Notes: generated by a model from the sequence alone, not told the origin. Positions 1 to 13,663 are shown, numbered from the stretch's first letter. The stretch: 64,000 nt of DNA from Octopus sinensis (GCF_006345805.1 NC_043017.1:24552001-24616000); one strand, 5' to 3'. A program made the numbers and translations.

Positions 1-649
1 AGAAACTCATTGTATGCATTCCCAGATTACAAACGCAAATTCACAGGTTTAATATGTATTTAAAAAATAAATAAATAAATTCATGAATGGTTGTTGTTTT
101 CACAGCGATAATGCTCTTCTCAGTATTATTATTATTATTGTTATTATTATTATCCCTTGAGCATTCAGATTTCTCTTATTAATGTAACGCAAAAGATAAA
201 GTAAAGACTCCCTTCATTCATGAATGACCATGGGATTGCACCTAGAAAGTTCTCTTCTGAGGCGTAAGTCTGGGCAAGGTTGTTTATGAAAGAGCAGCAA
301 TCGCCCATGGATACCAGCCTCACCTCTCCATGCCACCAGTGTTATCCAAGAGAAAGGCTGATACAGCGTGGCACCAATGACGTCACAACTCATTTCTACA
401 GCTGAGTGAACTGGAGCAATGTGAAATAAAGTGTCTTGCTCAAGAACACTGTTCATATTGATTTGAATTAGTCACCTTGTAGCTTTGAGCTTTCAATGAA
501 GTGATTGTATATTTTCAGAATAATATTGTAGAGTAAGTGTGAGAGGCTGGATCTGGCCAGTTTGAAAATAAAGCAGCTAGATTATTTTAACCAGGTATGG
601 CAGGTTTAGCCCTTCAGCATTCATGTTATCTATCAAATGTTGCTGAGAC

Positions 650-975
650 CCCCTTCAGTCATGACTGACCGTGGGATCACCTAGAAAGTTACCCTCCTAG
701 GGCAAGTCCGGGTAAGGTTGTTTATGGAAGACCAGCAGTCGCCCTTGCATACCGGCCTCCCCTCTTAACGCCACCAGTATTATCCAAGGGAAAGGCAACA
801 GCCGATACAGCTTGGCACCTATGATATCGCAACTCATTTCTACAGCTGAGTGAACTGGAGCAACGTGAAATAAAGTGTCTTGCTCAAGAACACAACACGT
901 AGCCCGGTCCAGGATTCTAACTCACAACCTCACAATTGTAAGCTCGATGCTCTAACCACTGAGCCATGCACCTTC
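650..975 (-). mobile_element. tRNA-derived SINE with conserved central domain (also about 215-449, 3126-3410, 3420-3680, 20489-20760)
   Basis: A/B-box-like head ggtgcatggctcagtggttagag...gagttagaatcc followed by ttgtgttcttgagcaagacactt. Confidence 0.75.
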
Positions 976-1910
976 GCTATCAAATGTAATGCTTATTTAT
1001 TTACATTGTTTTGAATTATTCATGTATTATCTTGTAGCTTTCAATTTCAATGATGTGATTGTTTATTTTCAGAATGGTATTGTAGGGTAGGCAGGAGAGG
1101 CCTGATATGGCCTGCTTGAATACTAATGGGTTAAATGCTAAAACTTAAGGCAGCAAACTGGCAGAATAGGTAGTGTATTAGACAAAACACTTAGAAGCAG
1201 TTCTTCTGAGTCATTATGTTCTGAGTTCAAGTCCAGCTGAAATCAACTTTGCTTTTCAGGGTCAATGAAGTGCCAATTAAGTAAAAGGTTTGGGGTAAAC
1301 AATTTGAATTCTCTCTTCCCAGTTGCTGGCATTGTACCAAAATTAAATACAATTATTTGGCCATGCACTCCTCTTTTTTTCCTTTTTTTCATTTTAATTT
1401 TCATTTTGGTTTCCATATATATCTATATGGACCCATATATACCACACATTAAAAGATGAATTATTTGACTTGTTAGATAGAAGAATTTTTCTAAAAATAC
1501 TGTGTTAATTGTCCATCAGCCAAGAAAATGAATAAAAATAAACTAAAAAAGAAAGGAAGAATGAAGAAAAGAACTTTTTTTTTTAAATCCTTGTTTCAAA
1601 TTACTCTTTGGGTATTTTAGAACTTACTTGTAGGTGCATATTTTAATCAAATTATAAGTCTTTCTCCTACACATATTGTATGCATGCCCACACATACACA
1701 TAATGCTTGCGTAACGTGTATATGTGTTGTGTGTGTATACATATTTATATACGTGTGTGTATGTGTGTGTGTGTGTGTGTATATATATAGATAGATAGAC
1801 ACATACTCACATATGGATGTATATACACATACATATAGAAATATATACATACATAGTCACATATAGAACATATATAATTTGTATATATAATGTACATGTG
1901 TGTAAGTATA

Positions 1911-1980
<70 letters not shown>

Positions 1981-2859
1981 TGTGTGTGTTGTGTGTATAT
2001 TAGATATATAGATAGATATATATATATATATACAGATATATATTAATATATAGAAGATATATGTATGGATATATGTGTATGTTTATATATATGAGTGTAT
2101 TTAGTGTACATTCATGATTTGTATATCATACACGTACGCACACACATGCTTATATATATATATATATATATATATACATACATGTGTGTGTGTTTGTGAT
2201 TTTGTAATCTAAAATTATATTTTTAGCTCTCAATTACACCTTTACATTCTCTCTCTCTCTCTCTTACGCACACACACGTGCACACACACACACGCACTCA
2301 TTCTTACACTGACACTTGGATGAGTTTAGCTAGCAACACATGCACATAATCGTCTCATTAGTTCTGTTCCTGTTTACAACAATAATTATTAGTGTGTGAT
2401 GTTCTGGTTACCCCCTTCTCTCTCCTCCTCCCCCACCCTTTATAACAAGGTCATAAAATAAAATAGAATAGAAATCTGTTCTAGCAACATCCTTTCAATT
2501 GAAGAGTTGGAAATTCGCCCTTTCCTTTTACATTAGAAACTGAAAGCTAATTCTATTATTACTTTTAAGCTGTTGGCATATCCAACCCCTATCTTTTTTT
2601 TTTTTTTTTTTTTTGCTATATTGGGGGTTGAATGGTGGGGGTTGGGAGCGTTGGAATCACTGCCAGTTGTAGGGGCTGGGCAGAGTTATTGGATTTACTT
2701 GGTGGCTGCGGAGAGTGGAGCAGAGTTGAGGGGGTGGGGGGGCTTTGCCATCCCCATTGTAACCCCTTTCCTTTTCCAAATCTATAAATGGCCTTGAAAG
2801 ACAGCTCTCGTTTCTATTTCCAATCTGACAAGTAAAATAAAATTGTCTCTTATCTACAG

Positions 2860-2909
2860 GGATTTCTGCCTAATTTTAATAGACTGTGTGTGTGTGTTGG
2901 ACTACTTGT
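2860..2909 (+). CDS. Possible further upstream exon of gene A (DFCLILIDCVCVLDYL) or a UTR exon
   Basis: Acceptor tctcttatctacag|G and donor T|gtaagt. A hydrophobic frame ends in phase 1. Confidence 0.25.
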
Positions 2910-5544
2910 GTAAGTATAGACAAATATCTACATATATATATTTCTTTATTGCCCACAAGGGGCTAAACATAGAGGGGACAAACAAGGACAGACAAAGGGA
3001 TTAAGTCGATTACATCGACCCCAGTGCGTAACTGGTACTTAATTTATCGACCCCAAAAGGATGAAAGGCAAAGTCGACCTCGGCGGAATTTGAACTAAGA
3101 ACGTAACGTGTGTGTGTGTGTGTGTGAAGGTGCATGGCCTATTGGTTAGGGTGTTACACTCATGATTGCTCAATCGTGGGTTCAATTCCAAGACTGGGTG
3201 GCATGTAGTATTCTTGAGTAAAACACTTCATTTCATCTTGCTCCAGTCCACTCATCTGTAAATGGATAACCTTGTGACAGACTAGCTTTCCGATCTGGGA
3301 GATTGTTGGCCTGCTCACCTAACCAGCAGGTGGCATCATTTGGAAGCTAAAACAATTTGTAACCAGCAATGTATAACAACATCCAATAGTCTGGTCAAAA
3401 CTATGACATATGTAAGAACCCCTTTGGTCATGAATGACCATGGGATTGCACCTAGAAAGTTCCCTTCCAAGGCACAACCCCAGGCAAGGTTGTTTATGGA
3501 AGACCAGCAGTCGCCCATGCATACCAGCCTCCCCTCTCTGCACCACTTATGTTATCCAAAGGAAAGGCAAAGGCCGATACAGCTTGCTCAAGAACACAAC
3601 ACACAGCCCAGTCTGAGAATCGAACTCACTACCCCATGATTGGGAGTCCGGTGCTCTAACAACTGAGCTATGTGCCATCACAACACATATCATCATCATT
3701 ATCATCATCATTTAACATCCATTGTCCGTGCTGGCATGGGTTGGACAGTTTGACTGGGCTGGCATGCTGGAAGGCTGCGCCAGGATCTAGTCTGATTGTA
3801 TATATATATTATTTATGTGCCCTTTTCAAGCCTAGCCGGGCTCATGGGCCCAGTTTCCCGGTTTCTATGGCATATGTGTTCCCCCCAGCTGGACGGGATG
3901 CCAATCCATCGCAGCATTACTCAAGAAACAGTGAGAGAAGGTTGGGGCAAAAGAGTACAACAGGGGTCGCCACCACCCCCTGCCGGAGCCTTGTGGAGCT
4001 TTTAGGTGTTTTCGCTCAATAAGCACACACAATGCCCGGTCTGGAAATCGAAACCACTATCCTCCGACCGTGAGTCCACTGTCCTAACCATTGGGCCATT
4101 GTGCCTCCACATATATATATCGTTGTTGTCATTGTTTTAATGTTTACTTTTTCCATGCTTGCATGGGTCAGATAAAGTTTATTGAGGCAGGTTTACTACA
4201 GTCAGATGCCCTTCCTGTTGCCAACCCTTACCTGTTTCCAGGCAAGGTAATGTTTTTGCAGAATACTGGAAATGACACTGCTTGTATGACAGTGACACTT
4301 GTTCACAACTGTCTGTCTGTGTCACGCTGAATTTTTCTGAGCACTATGTTAAGAGTACATGTGTCTGTGGGGTGCTCAGCCATTTGGAATTTAATTTCAT
4401 GAGCAGGCTGTTCTGCTGATCAGATCGACTGGAACACTCGTTATCATAACCGATAGAGTGCCAAAAAGAGAAAGGCAGAACATTTGTGCAAGATATAGCC
4501 AGTTTAAATGCTAAAGGATTCAAGAATTTGTTTTTGTCTTTTTGCTCTGAGATGATCCAAGATTTCCTAAGTTGTGTTGTTATATTTTCGGACTTTAGTT
4601 GTCTAAGTACCTTCTCCGGTCTCTGTTGCTGTTAGCAGTAGCTGAGTAAAAGCTGGAACGGTTTCTGGGAGAAGATTAGAAAACATCAATCAACTGAGGA
4701 GTCAGAACGTTAATAAATTTATACATTAAGTAAATGTGCCTCTTTTATTAGTAACTAGTGCAAGCTGACCTTTATAAAATCTGTGTGCAAATGTGCATGT
4801 GTGTGTGTGTTGCATTCACATGAAACTTCCCATTATTCAATTGCCTCATTATCCAAATTCAGTAATGGTTCATGCTTGCCAATTCTTACAGACAAATATG
4901 TAGAAATACTAAAAATGCTATGCGTAGATATGGAAAGAGAGATAGCATCCCAGGCACATTAATAAAGCCATATTAATAAATACATGTGTGTGTGTGTGAT
5001 TAAATTCTCTGGATATTTCACACATGTACATTTGCACATAAAAACATTCTCTTCTCTGTTCATACAGATTTGTATATCTAAGAGACTATTAACTGATCCA
5101 TTTTTCTTCCTGATTTTTCATGTTTTGGTTTTGTTTTGTTTTTTGTTTTTTTTTTGTTCTTTTTTTAATTCATTTATTTGTTTATTTTATTTATTTATTT
5201 TGTAAATTGATTTGTTTATTTTTTATTTTTATTTTTTATTTCCTCTTTTTTTTTTCTTCATTTGTTGCAATTTATTTTCAGATCTTCTTTCCTTGTAACT
5301 TTGTATTATACTTTTCTTTTCTTTTCTTTTTTTTTTTTTTGTTCACAATGTGTGTGTTTTGTATTTTTTTTTTAAACCTGACTGCTAACCAACAATCACT
5401 GAATAGATATGTAGTGAAATAAAGTATATTAAATTTCTCTTTTGGTCGACCGATCGGTTGGTTGGTTGGTTTGTCTGTTCATCTTAGCTGTATTGATGTT
5501 CCCATTGATTGCTTAGTAACTGAAATAAATAGCTTACTTCATTC

Positions 5545-5581
<37 letters not shown>

Positions 5582-5602
5582 ACACACACACACACATAAA
5601 CA

Positions 5603-5640
<38 letters not shown>

Positions 5641-6302
5641 TTATTTTGTGTGTATGTGTGTGTATATATATATATTTATATAAATACATTATATATATAT
5701 ATACACACACACACGTATATATATATAGATAGATAGATATACACATATATGTACATGCATACATACATACACACATCTATATACATGCATATACATATAT
5801 ATACACACACACATGTACATATATATGCAAACCGACATACATACATGCACACATAAACACATACACACACACACACATGCACGCATGCATGCATGTAGTC
5901 TTAACTTCGACTTGACAGCTGATGAAACTCACATATCGCATCATATATTTTAAATATTTAATTTATCATATACATGTGCAATAAGCTTAATCGATTTTCT
6001 GACCTTTTCCTAATTATTCAGTGATGTCCAACTGAGGGTAACCAGCCCTATTGGCTTTGTGGCAGGGGACCAATTATCTGTTGTTTAGAGAAGCTACACA
6101 GGAGTGGACTCCCGTTATGCCATTTCCATGACCCATGCAAACGCTTGTGGGGATCATTGGATCAATAACAAAAGAAAGCTATTTCATTAATTCAAGGAAG
6201 GATTAATCTGATGTAATATCTTATAACTAAATCCCTGGCATTTGTTAACAACTGTCACATGTAGTCAAAGTGAGGTGACAGTAACACACACACACATAAA
6301 CA

Positions 6303-6359
<57 letters not shown>

Positions 6360-6455
6360 TTCAGCAAAATTTTAGATTCAAATGAATGTGGTACTTAATT
6401 TAGATGCACCAGAATTCTGTATGGTGTTATCCATAAAAATCCGTGGGTGTTTATA

Positions 6456-6614
6456 ATCAAAATAAGCAACAAGAATGACTCTGGTAATTTGGTACGATCG
6501 TTTCATACTACATCATTTTATTAAATGTTGTAATACTTACAACATTTAATAAAATGATGTAGTACAAAACGACCGTACCAAATTACCGGAGTCATTCTTG
6601 TTACTTATTTTGAT
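6456..6614. repeat. Near-perfect inverted repeat (78-bp arms, 3-nt loop)
   Basis: 6456-6533 pairs with 6537-6614 with a few mismatches. Confidence 0.9.
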
Positions 6615-7207
6615 ATATATATATATATATATATTATCATTATCATCGTTTGATGGTCATCTTCCATGCAGGCATGAGTAGGACAGTTCACTGGAGTTAG
6701 TCAGGTAGAAAAACTACCCTATGCTACTTTGTCTCTTCTGGCAGGGTTTTTATGGCTGGATGCCCTTCCTACCACCAACCACTCTGCAGAGTGGACTCAG
6801 TGCCTTTTACGTGGCACAAGCACAGGCAAGGTCAGTTTTGGCATGGCTTTTACAGCTGGATGCTCTTCCAAATGCCAACCACTTTACAGTGTGGACTGGA
6901 TGCATTTTAAGTGGCACCAGCACTGGCAGGGTCACCTTGTTAGGGAACTGCCTTGAAGGGTTTAGTCAAACAAATCAAACTCAGTGCATTTTTTTTTTTA
7001 AGCCTGCTACTTATTCTGTTAGTCTCTTCCTGCCGAACAACTAAGTTATAAAGGACAAAAACAAACAAACACTGGTTGTCAGGCAGTGGTGAGGAACAAA
7101 CTCAAAGTCACACACTCATTTATATATATATATATATATGTGACTGCGTGTGTACCGTTGGCGATTTTTTTTCCTCTGTCTTCCCTTCTCTGGATCTTTC
7201 CTTCTAT

Positions 7208-7242
7208 GTTTCTGATGAAGAGCTCCGCTCGAAACGTTAAAC
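7208..7242 (+). ncRNA. Minimal hammerhead ribozyme motif (Penelope-type)
   Basis: GTTT-CTGATGA-A-GAGC/TCC/GCTC-GAAA-CG-TT-AAAC: stem I, core, stem II and palindromic stem III (AACGTT). Confidence 0.65.
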
Positions 7243-7397
7243 CCTCCTTCTTTCCTTCTTTCCTCAGTGTCCAATAATACTATATTTGTTCCATATCCTC
7301 GCGTTGTTGTGTTTTTTTGTGCTTTCTTGTTTGGATTAACTATATATATATATATATTTTTCTCTCCTTCTTTCTGTGTTTTTTTTCTCTCTGTGTA

Positions 7398-7435
7398 TCT
7401 TTCTGTTGAAGAGCGTAGGCTCGAAACGTTAAAGA
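7398..7435 (+). ncRNA. Second minimal hammerhead motif with a variant core (CTGTTGA)
   Basis: TCTTT-CTGTTGA-A-GAGC/GTAG/GCTC-GAAA-CG-TT-AAAGA. Confidence 0.5.
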
Positions 7436-7550
7436 CTTGTTTTATTTATATTTCCTGAGCGCCATACTAATACAATTGTTTGTTTGTTTTCCACCTGCCT
7501 TCGTCTTTTGTCTATTTTCATAAAGCTTCCCGTTATATATAAATATGTAC

Positions 7551-7608
<58 letters not shown>

Positions 7609-8464
7609 TCATACATACATACACACACACGACAGGATTCTTTTAGTTTCCATTCTCCAAATCCACTCACAAGATTTTGGTCAGCACAGGATTTTATTGG
7701 AAAAAAACTGGTCCAAGTTGGTGTGCAGTGGAACTGAACCCAGAACCATGTGGCTGGGAAGCAAACATCTTACCACACAGCCGTACCTGTGTCTGTGTCT
7801 CTTCAATGATTTGAGCTAAACGCTACAAGTTTTAATTAAATGCTTTTTTGTCTATGAGCTAATACCTACCATTGTTGTTTGCCGTAACGAGTGAAGCCTC
7901 TCTTCCCATGGAACCAGTTTGCAGTGAGATTGATTGAGGCGTTTAGTTTTTAACTGTCTTTGCAAGAGACACATCAGTAACAGGATGCAAAGCCTACTGG
8001 CTCTTCAGTGAAGCAGACCAGCATCTTAGCAACCCAGTTAGTGGCAACATTTCTAAATTATTTATGCTGTTATTTCCCTGTTTTAGTAGAGAAAACTGTA
8101 AATTGATATTGCTTCAGAATTGCTTTGACTGGCTTGTTTTTTGTTTTAATTATTCTTAGTTCGCTTCTTTTTCTTTCATTGATTGTTTAGCATATAAACT
8201 TTATAATGGGTGGTCTTCGTGAAAACAGTTAATGCATTTATAAATCGTATGTTTTAATGTGCTTGTACATGCATGTGTTGTCTGTTGAAAATTCCATAGG
8301 GCAGAAGGTCAAAAACAAGAACAGAAAGAATGTAAGTGTTGGCAAGAAAATGAATGAAAATCTAGGGTAGAGCTTTGTGTCACACAGAAACACATTATGA
8401 TTAAACACTGCAAAAACCATCTGAGATTTTTTCAACCTTCTGACATTTTCAATGAATGCTGGAA

Positions 8465-8890
8465 TATGTTTTGTTTACTCTCTTTACTCTTTACTCTTTT
8501 ACTTGTTTCAGTCATTTGACTGCAGCCATGCTGGAGCACCGCCTTTAGTTGAGCAAATCGACCCCGGGACTTATTCTTTGTAAGCCCAGTACTTATTCTA
8601 TCGGTCTCTTTTGCCAAACCGCTAAGTGACGGGGACGTAAACACACCAGCATCGGTTGTCAAGCAATGCTAGGGGGACAAACACAGACACACAAACACAT
8701 ACACACACATATATATATATACATATATACGACAGGCTTCTTTCAGTTTCCGTCTACCAAATCCACTCACAAGGTATTGGTTGGCCCGGGGCTATAGCAG
8801 AAGACACTTGCCCAAGATGCCACGCAGTGGGACTGAACCCGGAACCATGTGGTTGGTTAGCAAGCTACTTACCACACAGCCACTCCTGCG
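8465..8890 (-). mobile_element. Young full-length tRNA-derived SINE (also 18440-18607 -, 19337-19725 +, 54060-54740 +, 55935-56300 -)
   Basis: Head ggcgcaggagtggctgtgtggtaag...gggttcagtccc, internal (TA)/(TG) and a (AAAAGAGT)n tail, near identical between copies. Confidence 0.85.
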
Positions 8891-9314
8891 CCTATATATG
8901 TTTATATATTTTCTTTTTAAAAAATATTTGATATTGTTGTGTAGTTAAGAAGTTTGCTTCCCAACCACGTGGTTTTGGGTTCAGTCCCATTGTACAGTAC
9001 TTTGGACAGTTGTTGTCTTCTACTTTAGGCCCTGGTGAACCAAAGCTTCATCAATGGATTTGGTTGATGGAAACTAAAAGAAACTTGTGTGGTGTGTGTG
9101 TGTGTGAATATGAATGTGTTTGAATGTCACTGTCATTCATTCCCAATATTCTGTGAGAACATGTCAGACAACAGGAAAATATTATCTTTCTTGGAATCAG
9201 ATGAGCATTAGCAACAGGAAGAGCATCCTGCCATAGAAAATCTACCTGAATAAACTTTATTCAACTCATGCAAGTATAGAAAAGTAGATGTTAGAGTGGT
9301 GGTGGTGGTAGTGG

Positions 9315-9810
9315 TTGGACCTTCCCTCCAAAAAAAATCGTAATATTTTCTGACTTGGACCTTTCTTCTGATATAGACCCATATTTCCACTTGTTATTAT
9401 TATTTTTTCCCCACCAAAAAAAATCCTTATATTTTCTGACTTGGACCTTCCTTCTGATATGGACCCATATTTCCTCTTTTTATTATTACTTTTTTCCCCA
9501 CCAAAAAAAATCCTAATATTTTCTGACTTGGATCTACCTTCTGATATAGACCTATATTTCCACTTTTTATTATTATTTTTTTCCCCGTCAAAAAAAATCC
9601 TTATATTTTCTGACTTGGACCTTCCTTCTGAGATAGACCCATATTTCCACTTTTTATTATTATTTTTTCCCCCCACCAAAAAAAAATCCTTATATTTTCT
9701 GGCTTGGACCTTCCTTCTGATATAAACCCATATTTCCACTTATAATATTATTTTTTCCTCACCAAAAAAAATCTGACATGGAACCTTCCTTCTGATACAG
9801 ACTCTTATTT
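9315..9810. repeat. 87-bp minisatellite, about 5.5 copies
   Basis: The unit ttttctgacttggaccttccttctgatatagacccatatttcc... recurs at about 87-nt spacing. Confidence 0.9.
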
Positions 9811-10810
9811 CCTCTTTGATTTTTTTTTTTTTTTTTTTACAGTAACATAGAAGATATAAAATGTAAGGTAATGGTATTTCCACCCACCATTTAGCATTAG
9901 CACTGAATATACATTTTGCAGCAGCATTTCAATGAGAACTTGAACAACTCACCTCTCATGCTGCCCCAAAAGTCACACAGCACACTAACCATTCCTCCAC
10001 TATGTGCATCTGCACTGCAATTTTTTTTATTTCTCAGATCACTGACTAAGTTGTTCAATTGTTGATAGGTAGTTGCAGTGAATGCAACTGCTGTAAACAC
10101 AGCATGCATTGTTTCGGCTATACAGCACTACTTGGTTGCAATAATCACAAAAACTTCACTGCAGTGTACACTGCTGTTATTGTTCACTAACCAGGTATTC
10201 TCCTGTGCTCATTTTGCATACTAGGTACTACGCAGTACTGAGTTGCAAACTAGGTGCACCACAGTGCTTTGTTGCTCACTAGGGACACTACAAGTGCTTT
10301 GTTAATCACTGACTATACTGGTGCACTTTGTACAGTACTGAGCCACTATCTGGGTGCATTACAAGTGCCTTGTTAATCACTGCATACACTTTGAGTGCTT
10401 AGTTGATCACTAAGCAAATCACAATGTTTAGTTGTACCCTGAGTACCCTGCAGTAGATATTTACTAACTGGGTACACAGCTGTACTAAATTTCCGTGACT
10501 ATCTACACCTGCTGTGCTTAGTCATTAGGCAGAAATATTATTTTATTGTTGGTTAAGTAAAACACTACAATCACCAGCCAAGCACATGAGTAATGTTGGT
10601 AATCAAATACACAAGAGAAACAGTAGCAAATGTCTTATATTTCCTGTGTTCATGCTCCATTTATTTCATCTTTAACATCCAAGCCATGTTTGGATGGTCT
10701 GATCGAGTTGTTATTCAAAGGTCATGCTAATCCAACGCATCTTGATTGATTGCATTCAAGTTATAAACACCCTGTTTTGTATTCTTTTTATTTTGTTTCT
10801 TTTTTTGCAG

Positions 10811-10879
10811 GGATAGTATATCTAGGACTACAATATTCCATGTTTATTTCATTTTTAAAGACAGTAGAATATGATATTG
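10811..10879 (+). CDS. Possible upstream exon of gene A (IVYLGLQYSMFISFLKTVEYDI)
   Basis: Strong acceptor ttttttgcag|GG, open frame, phase 1-1 compatible with exon 13664. The donor (G|gtgata) is weak. Confidence 0.35.
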
Positions 10880-11397
10880 GTGATATTTGGTTGCTATTTC
10901 TAGTAGATTGAGAGACTACACAGAGGCTTCTATATTGACTTGTTCTCAACCAAGAATAAACATGCTACATCTCTATCATTCTGATAATGGCATGAACCTG
11001 ACGGTGTATCTAGACTGCACAGAGGCTCCTATATTGACTTTCAACCGACCAAGCATAAACATGTCAGGACCACCTTGCTCTGATGATAACATAAAACTTT
11101 ATCTGATACTTTGGTTTATTCAATTTCACTGGGTATCATATAAGAGTAACCAGATACTCTGATAATGACACAAACAAGAAATTCTAAAGTCATCTTTGAA
11201 CAGTCAGTCTACCTGGAAAGAAACCATGCAGCTATTAATAAAAAGAGTTGAAATTAATATATGCAAGATTTCACGGCTTTAACATCAATCCTTCATAGTC
11301 AGCCTAAGAAATTTGCAGCCCACCCTCATATCTGATAGAGTAATATGAAAGCGAAAGTATTAAGGATTCTGAATTATTAGTTCTACTATGATTTTGG

Positions 11398-11650
11398 ATC
11401 ACCAAGCATAGATTGGCATATTTCGGTCATATTATGCAGAGAAAATCCCTGGAGAAGGACATCATGCTCGGAATGGTCAGTGGCAAGAGAGGACGAGGCC
11501 GGCCAAGAACCCGCTGGCTTGACACCATCAAGAGTGATACCAGAATGGACATAGCCAATCTGAAAGAAGCGGCCCAGGATAGAACTGACTGGAGGACACT
11601 GATCCAATGAGTGACCGAGAGTCGACTTCGACTAAGCGGATAGAGAGAGA
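11398..11650 (+). mobile_element. RTE-clade LINE 3' end fragment
   Basis: RLAYFGHIMQRKSLEKDIMLGMVSGKRGRGRPRTRWLD, a typical RTE ORF C-terminus, with a (GA)/(GATA) tail. Confidence 0.85.
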
Positions 11651-12497
11651 TGATTTTAAACCAATCTCATGCAAACCCACCTGAGACCACCTGTAGTTCC
11701 ATTACAGAAAACCTCTTGCTTTTATTATTGCTTTTATTTTAAAGAGACTGATAAAACAAGTACTGGGCTTTAAAAATATAAGTCCTGAGGTCAGTTAGTT
11801 TGACTAAAACCCTTCGAGGTGGTGCTACAGTGCGGCCGCAATCAAATGACTGGAACAACTAAAAGAAAAAAAAGAATTGGAATTAAAATCTTCCATCATA
11901 ATTTTTTTATGTATGAATCCTTTCTTGTATTTCAGATAGCTGCTTATATTTCATAAAAAAAGTTAGTTATATTTATTAAATTCTTCAAAAATCTTAATTA
12001 TTTTAGCAAATTTATTGAAATACATGAGCAATGTAATATTCTATTAGAAACCATGACCTCCTCAACAGCAAGACTGTCTTTCTGTCACACTCTAATCTTT
12101 CATCATCTGGCACGAGATCACCTCCTCCAATACCCCCTCCCTTCTCAAAGATTTCTTGTTTTGCGCAGTTACTCGGTGACCCTACCAGTGCAGGTACCAC
12201 TTAAAAAGCACCAAGTCCACACTGTAAAGCGGTTGGCATTTGGAAGGGCATCCAAATGTAAAAATCCTGCCAAAACTGACCTCGCCTGTGTGAGTACCAC
12301 ATAAAAAGCACTCAGCCCACTCTGTGGAGTGGTTGGTGTTAGGAAGGGGCATCCAGCCATAAAAACCCAGCCAAAACAGACAGAAGCATGATGCAGGCTC
12401 CTGCCTGACCAGCTCCTATCAAACCGTCCAACCCATACCAGCATGGAAGGAGGATGTTAAACAATGATGATGATGAGGAAATCTGGTCATGAAAGGA

Positions 12498-12728
12498 TTA
12501 ACCCTTTAGCATTCAAATTATTCTGTTAAATGTAATGCTTATTTATTCACATTGTCTTGAATTAATCATCCATTATCTTGCTGTTCTGAGATTTTGATGA
12601 CATAAATGTTAATTTTTTAGAATGATATTGTAGGTTTGGTATGAGAAACCACATCTGGCCTATTTGAGCATAAAAAAAAGGTAAACTATTTGGACCAGAT
12701 ATGGCTGGTTTAAATGCAAACAGGTTAA
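12498..12728. mobile_element. piggyBac-like MITE (TTAA CCCTTTAGCATT...AATGCTAAAGGG TTAA); copies also near 978-1140, 31990-32205, 37020-37222, 37970-38185, 58310-58515, 63641-63838
   Basis: TTAA-flanked TIRs and a shared internal sequence across many copies. Confidence 0.75.
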
Positions 12729-13663
12729 AGAGAACAATAAATTTATTAAACAATTCCATATTGTTAAGCACTAATGTAAAATCTTGATATAAAATGTTGA
12801 TATCTGCTCTTGCTTTGTTTTGAAATTCAAAACAGACCTGTAGAAGAGAGCGCATGGCATTGATGAGATCATGAATAGCAATGAAAGGCCTTTGACAAAC
12901 AACTGATTGATTGTTTAGCAACAAATTAAACAAACGATTAGTTAGTTGGTTGGATAACTAACCAATTGATGAACAATAAAGGAGTGAAATTGAACCAGTG
13001 TGTTTATTATTATTGGTTTAATGACCCTCCCTAGATAGAGCAATGTCTACACTTTGTATTTTCATTTATTAAAATTTTTAGTTTGTGGCTAAGACCTGTT
13101 AAAGATGGAATTAGGACAAAAAAAATGAAACAAATGCTTTTCTTTGTCTTTATTTCACCATTGCACTGGTTTTTAACCCTTTTACAGCAGAAATCAGATA
13201 TATCCTCTCAAATTTCATTATCCTTAACTGCAGAAAGCAGTTTTACATACCAGTCTATCTTTTGTTGAGGAATGTCATGTTTGAACTATTTTTTGTTGAA
13301 ATTATATCGAGTTTATTGAGGCTATATGACTTACAGAAAATACAAATGCCATCTTTTGGTAGATATTCAACGTCATTACTGGAATAACCATGAAATTTAA
13401 TTTCCCAATTAATGGGTTAATTGCTCTTCATCGTTTATATTTTTTTAAAAACCCATGTTGCAAATTCACAACACAATGACAGAAGACCTTAATTTCCAGC
13501 TATTTGCTTCCATTATAATTGTGTAAAATTAATAAATAAAATTATGGATTGATTGATTTATTATTGTCATAATTTCACTGAATTGTCATTCTTTTCAATT
13601 AGTGATGGGTAAATTTAAAAAAAAAGATTTTTTTTTATCATTGTTTTTCTTTGTTTCTTTTAG

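Larger units (their letters stand above)
7153..7535 (+). mobile_element. Penelope-like terminal-repeat fragments (two adjacent), each carrying a hammerhead motif
   Basis: The first part matches 29515-29695 from the same 5' start (taccgttggcgatt). Both end in (TA)n. Confidence 0.55.
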
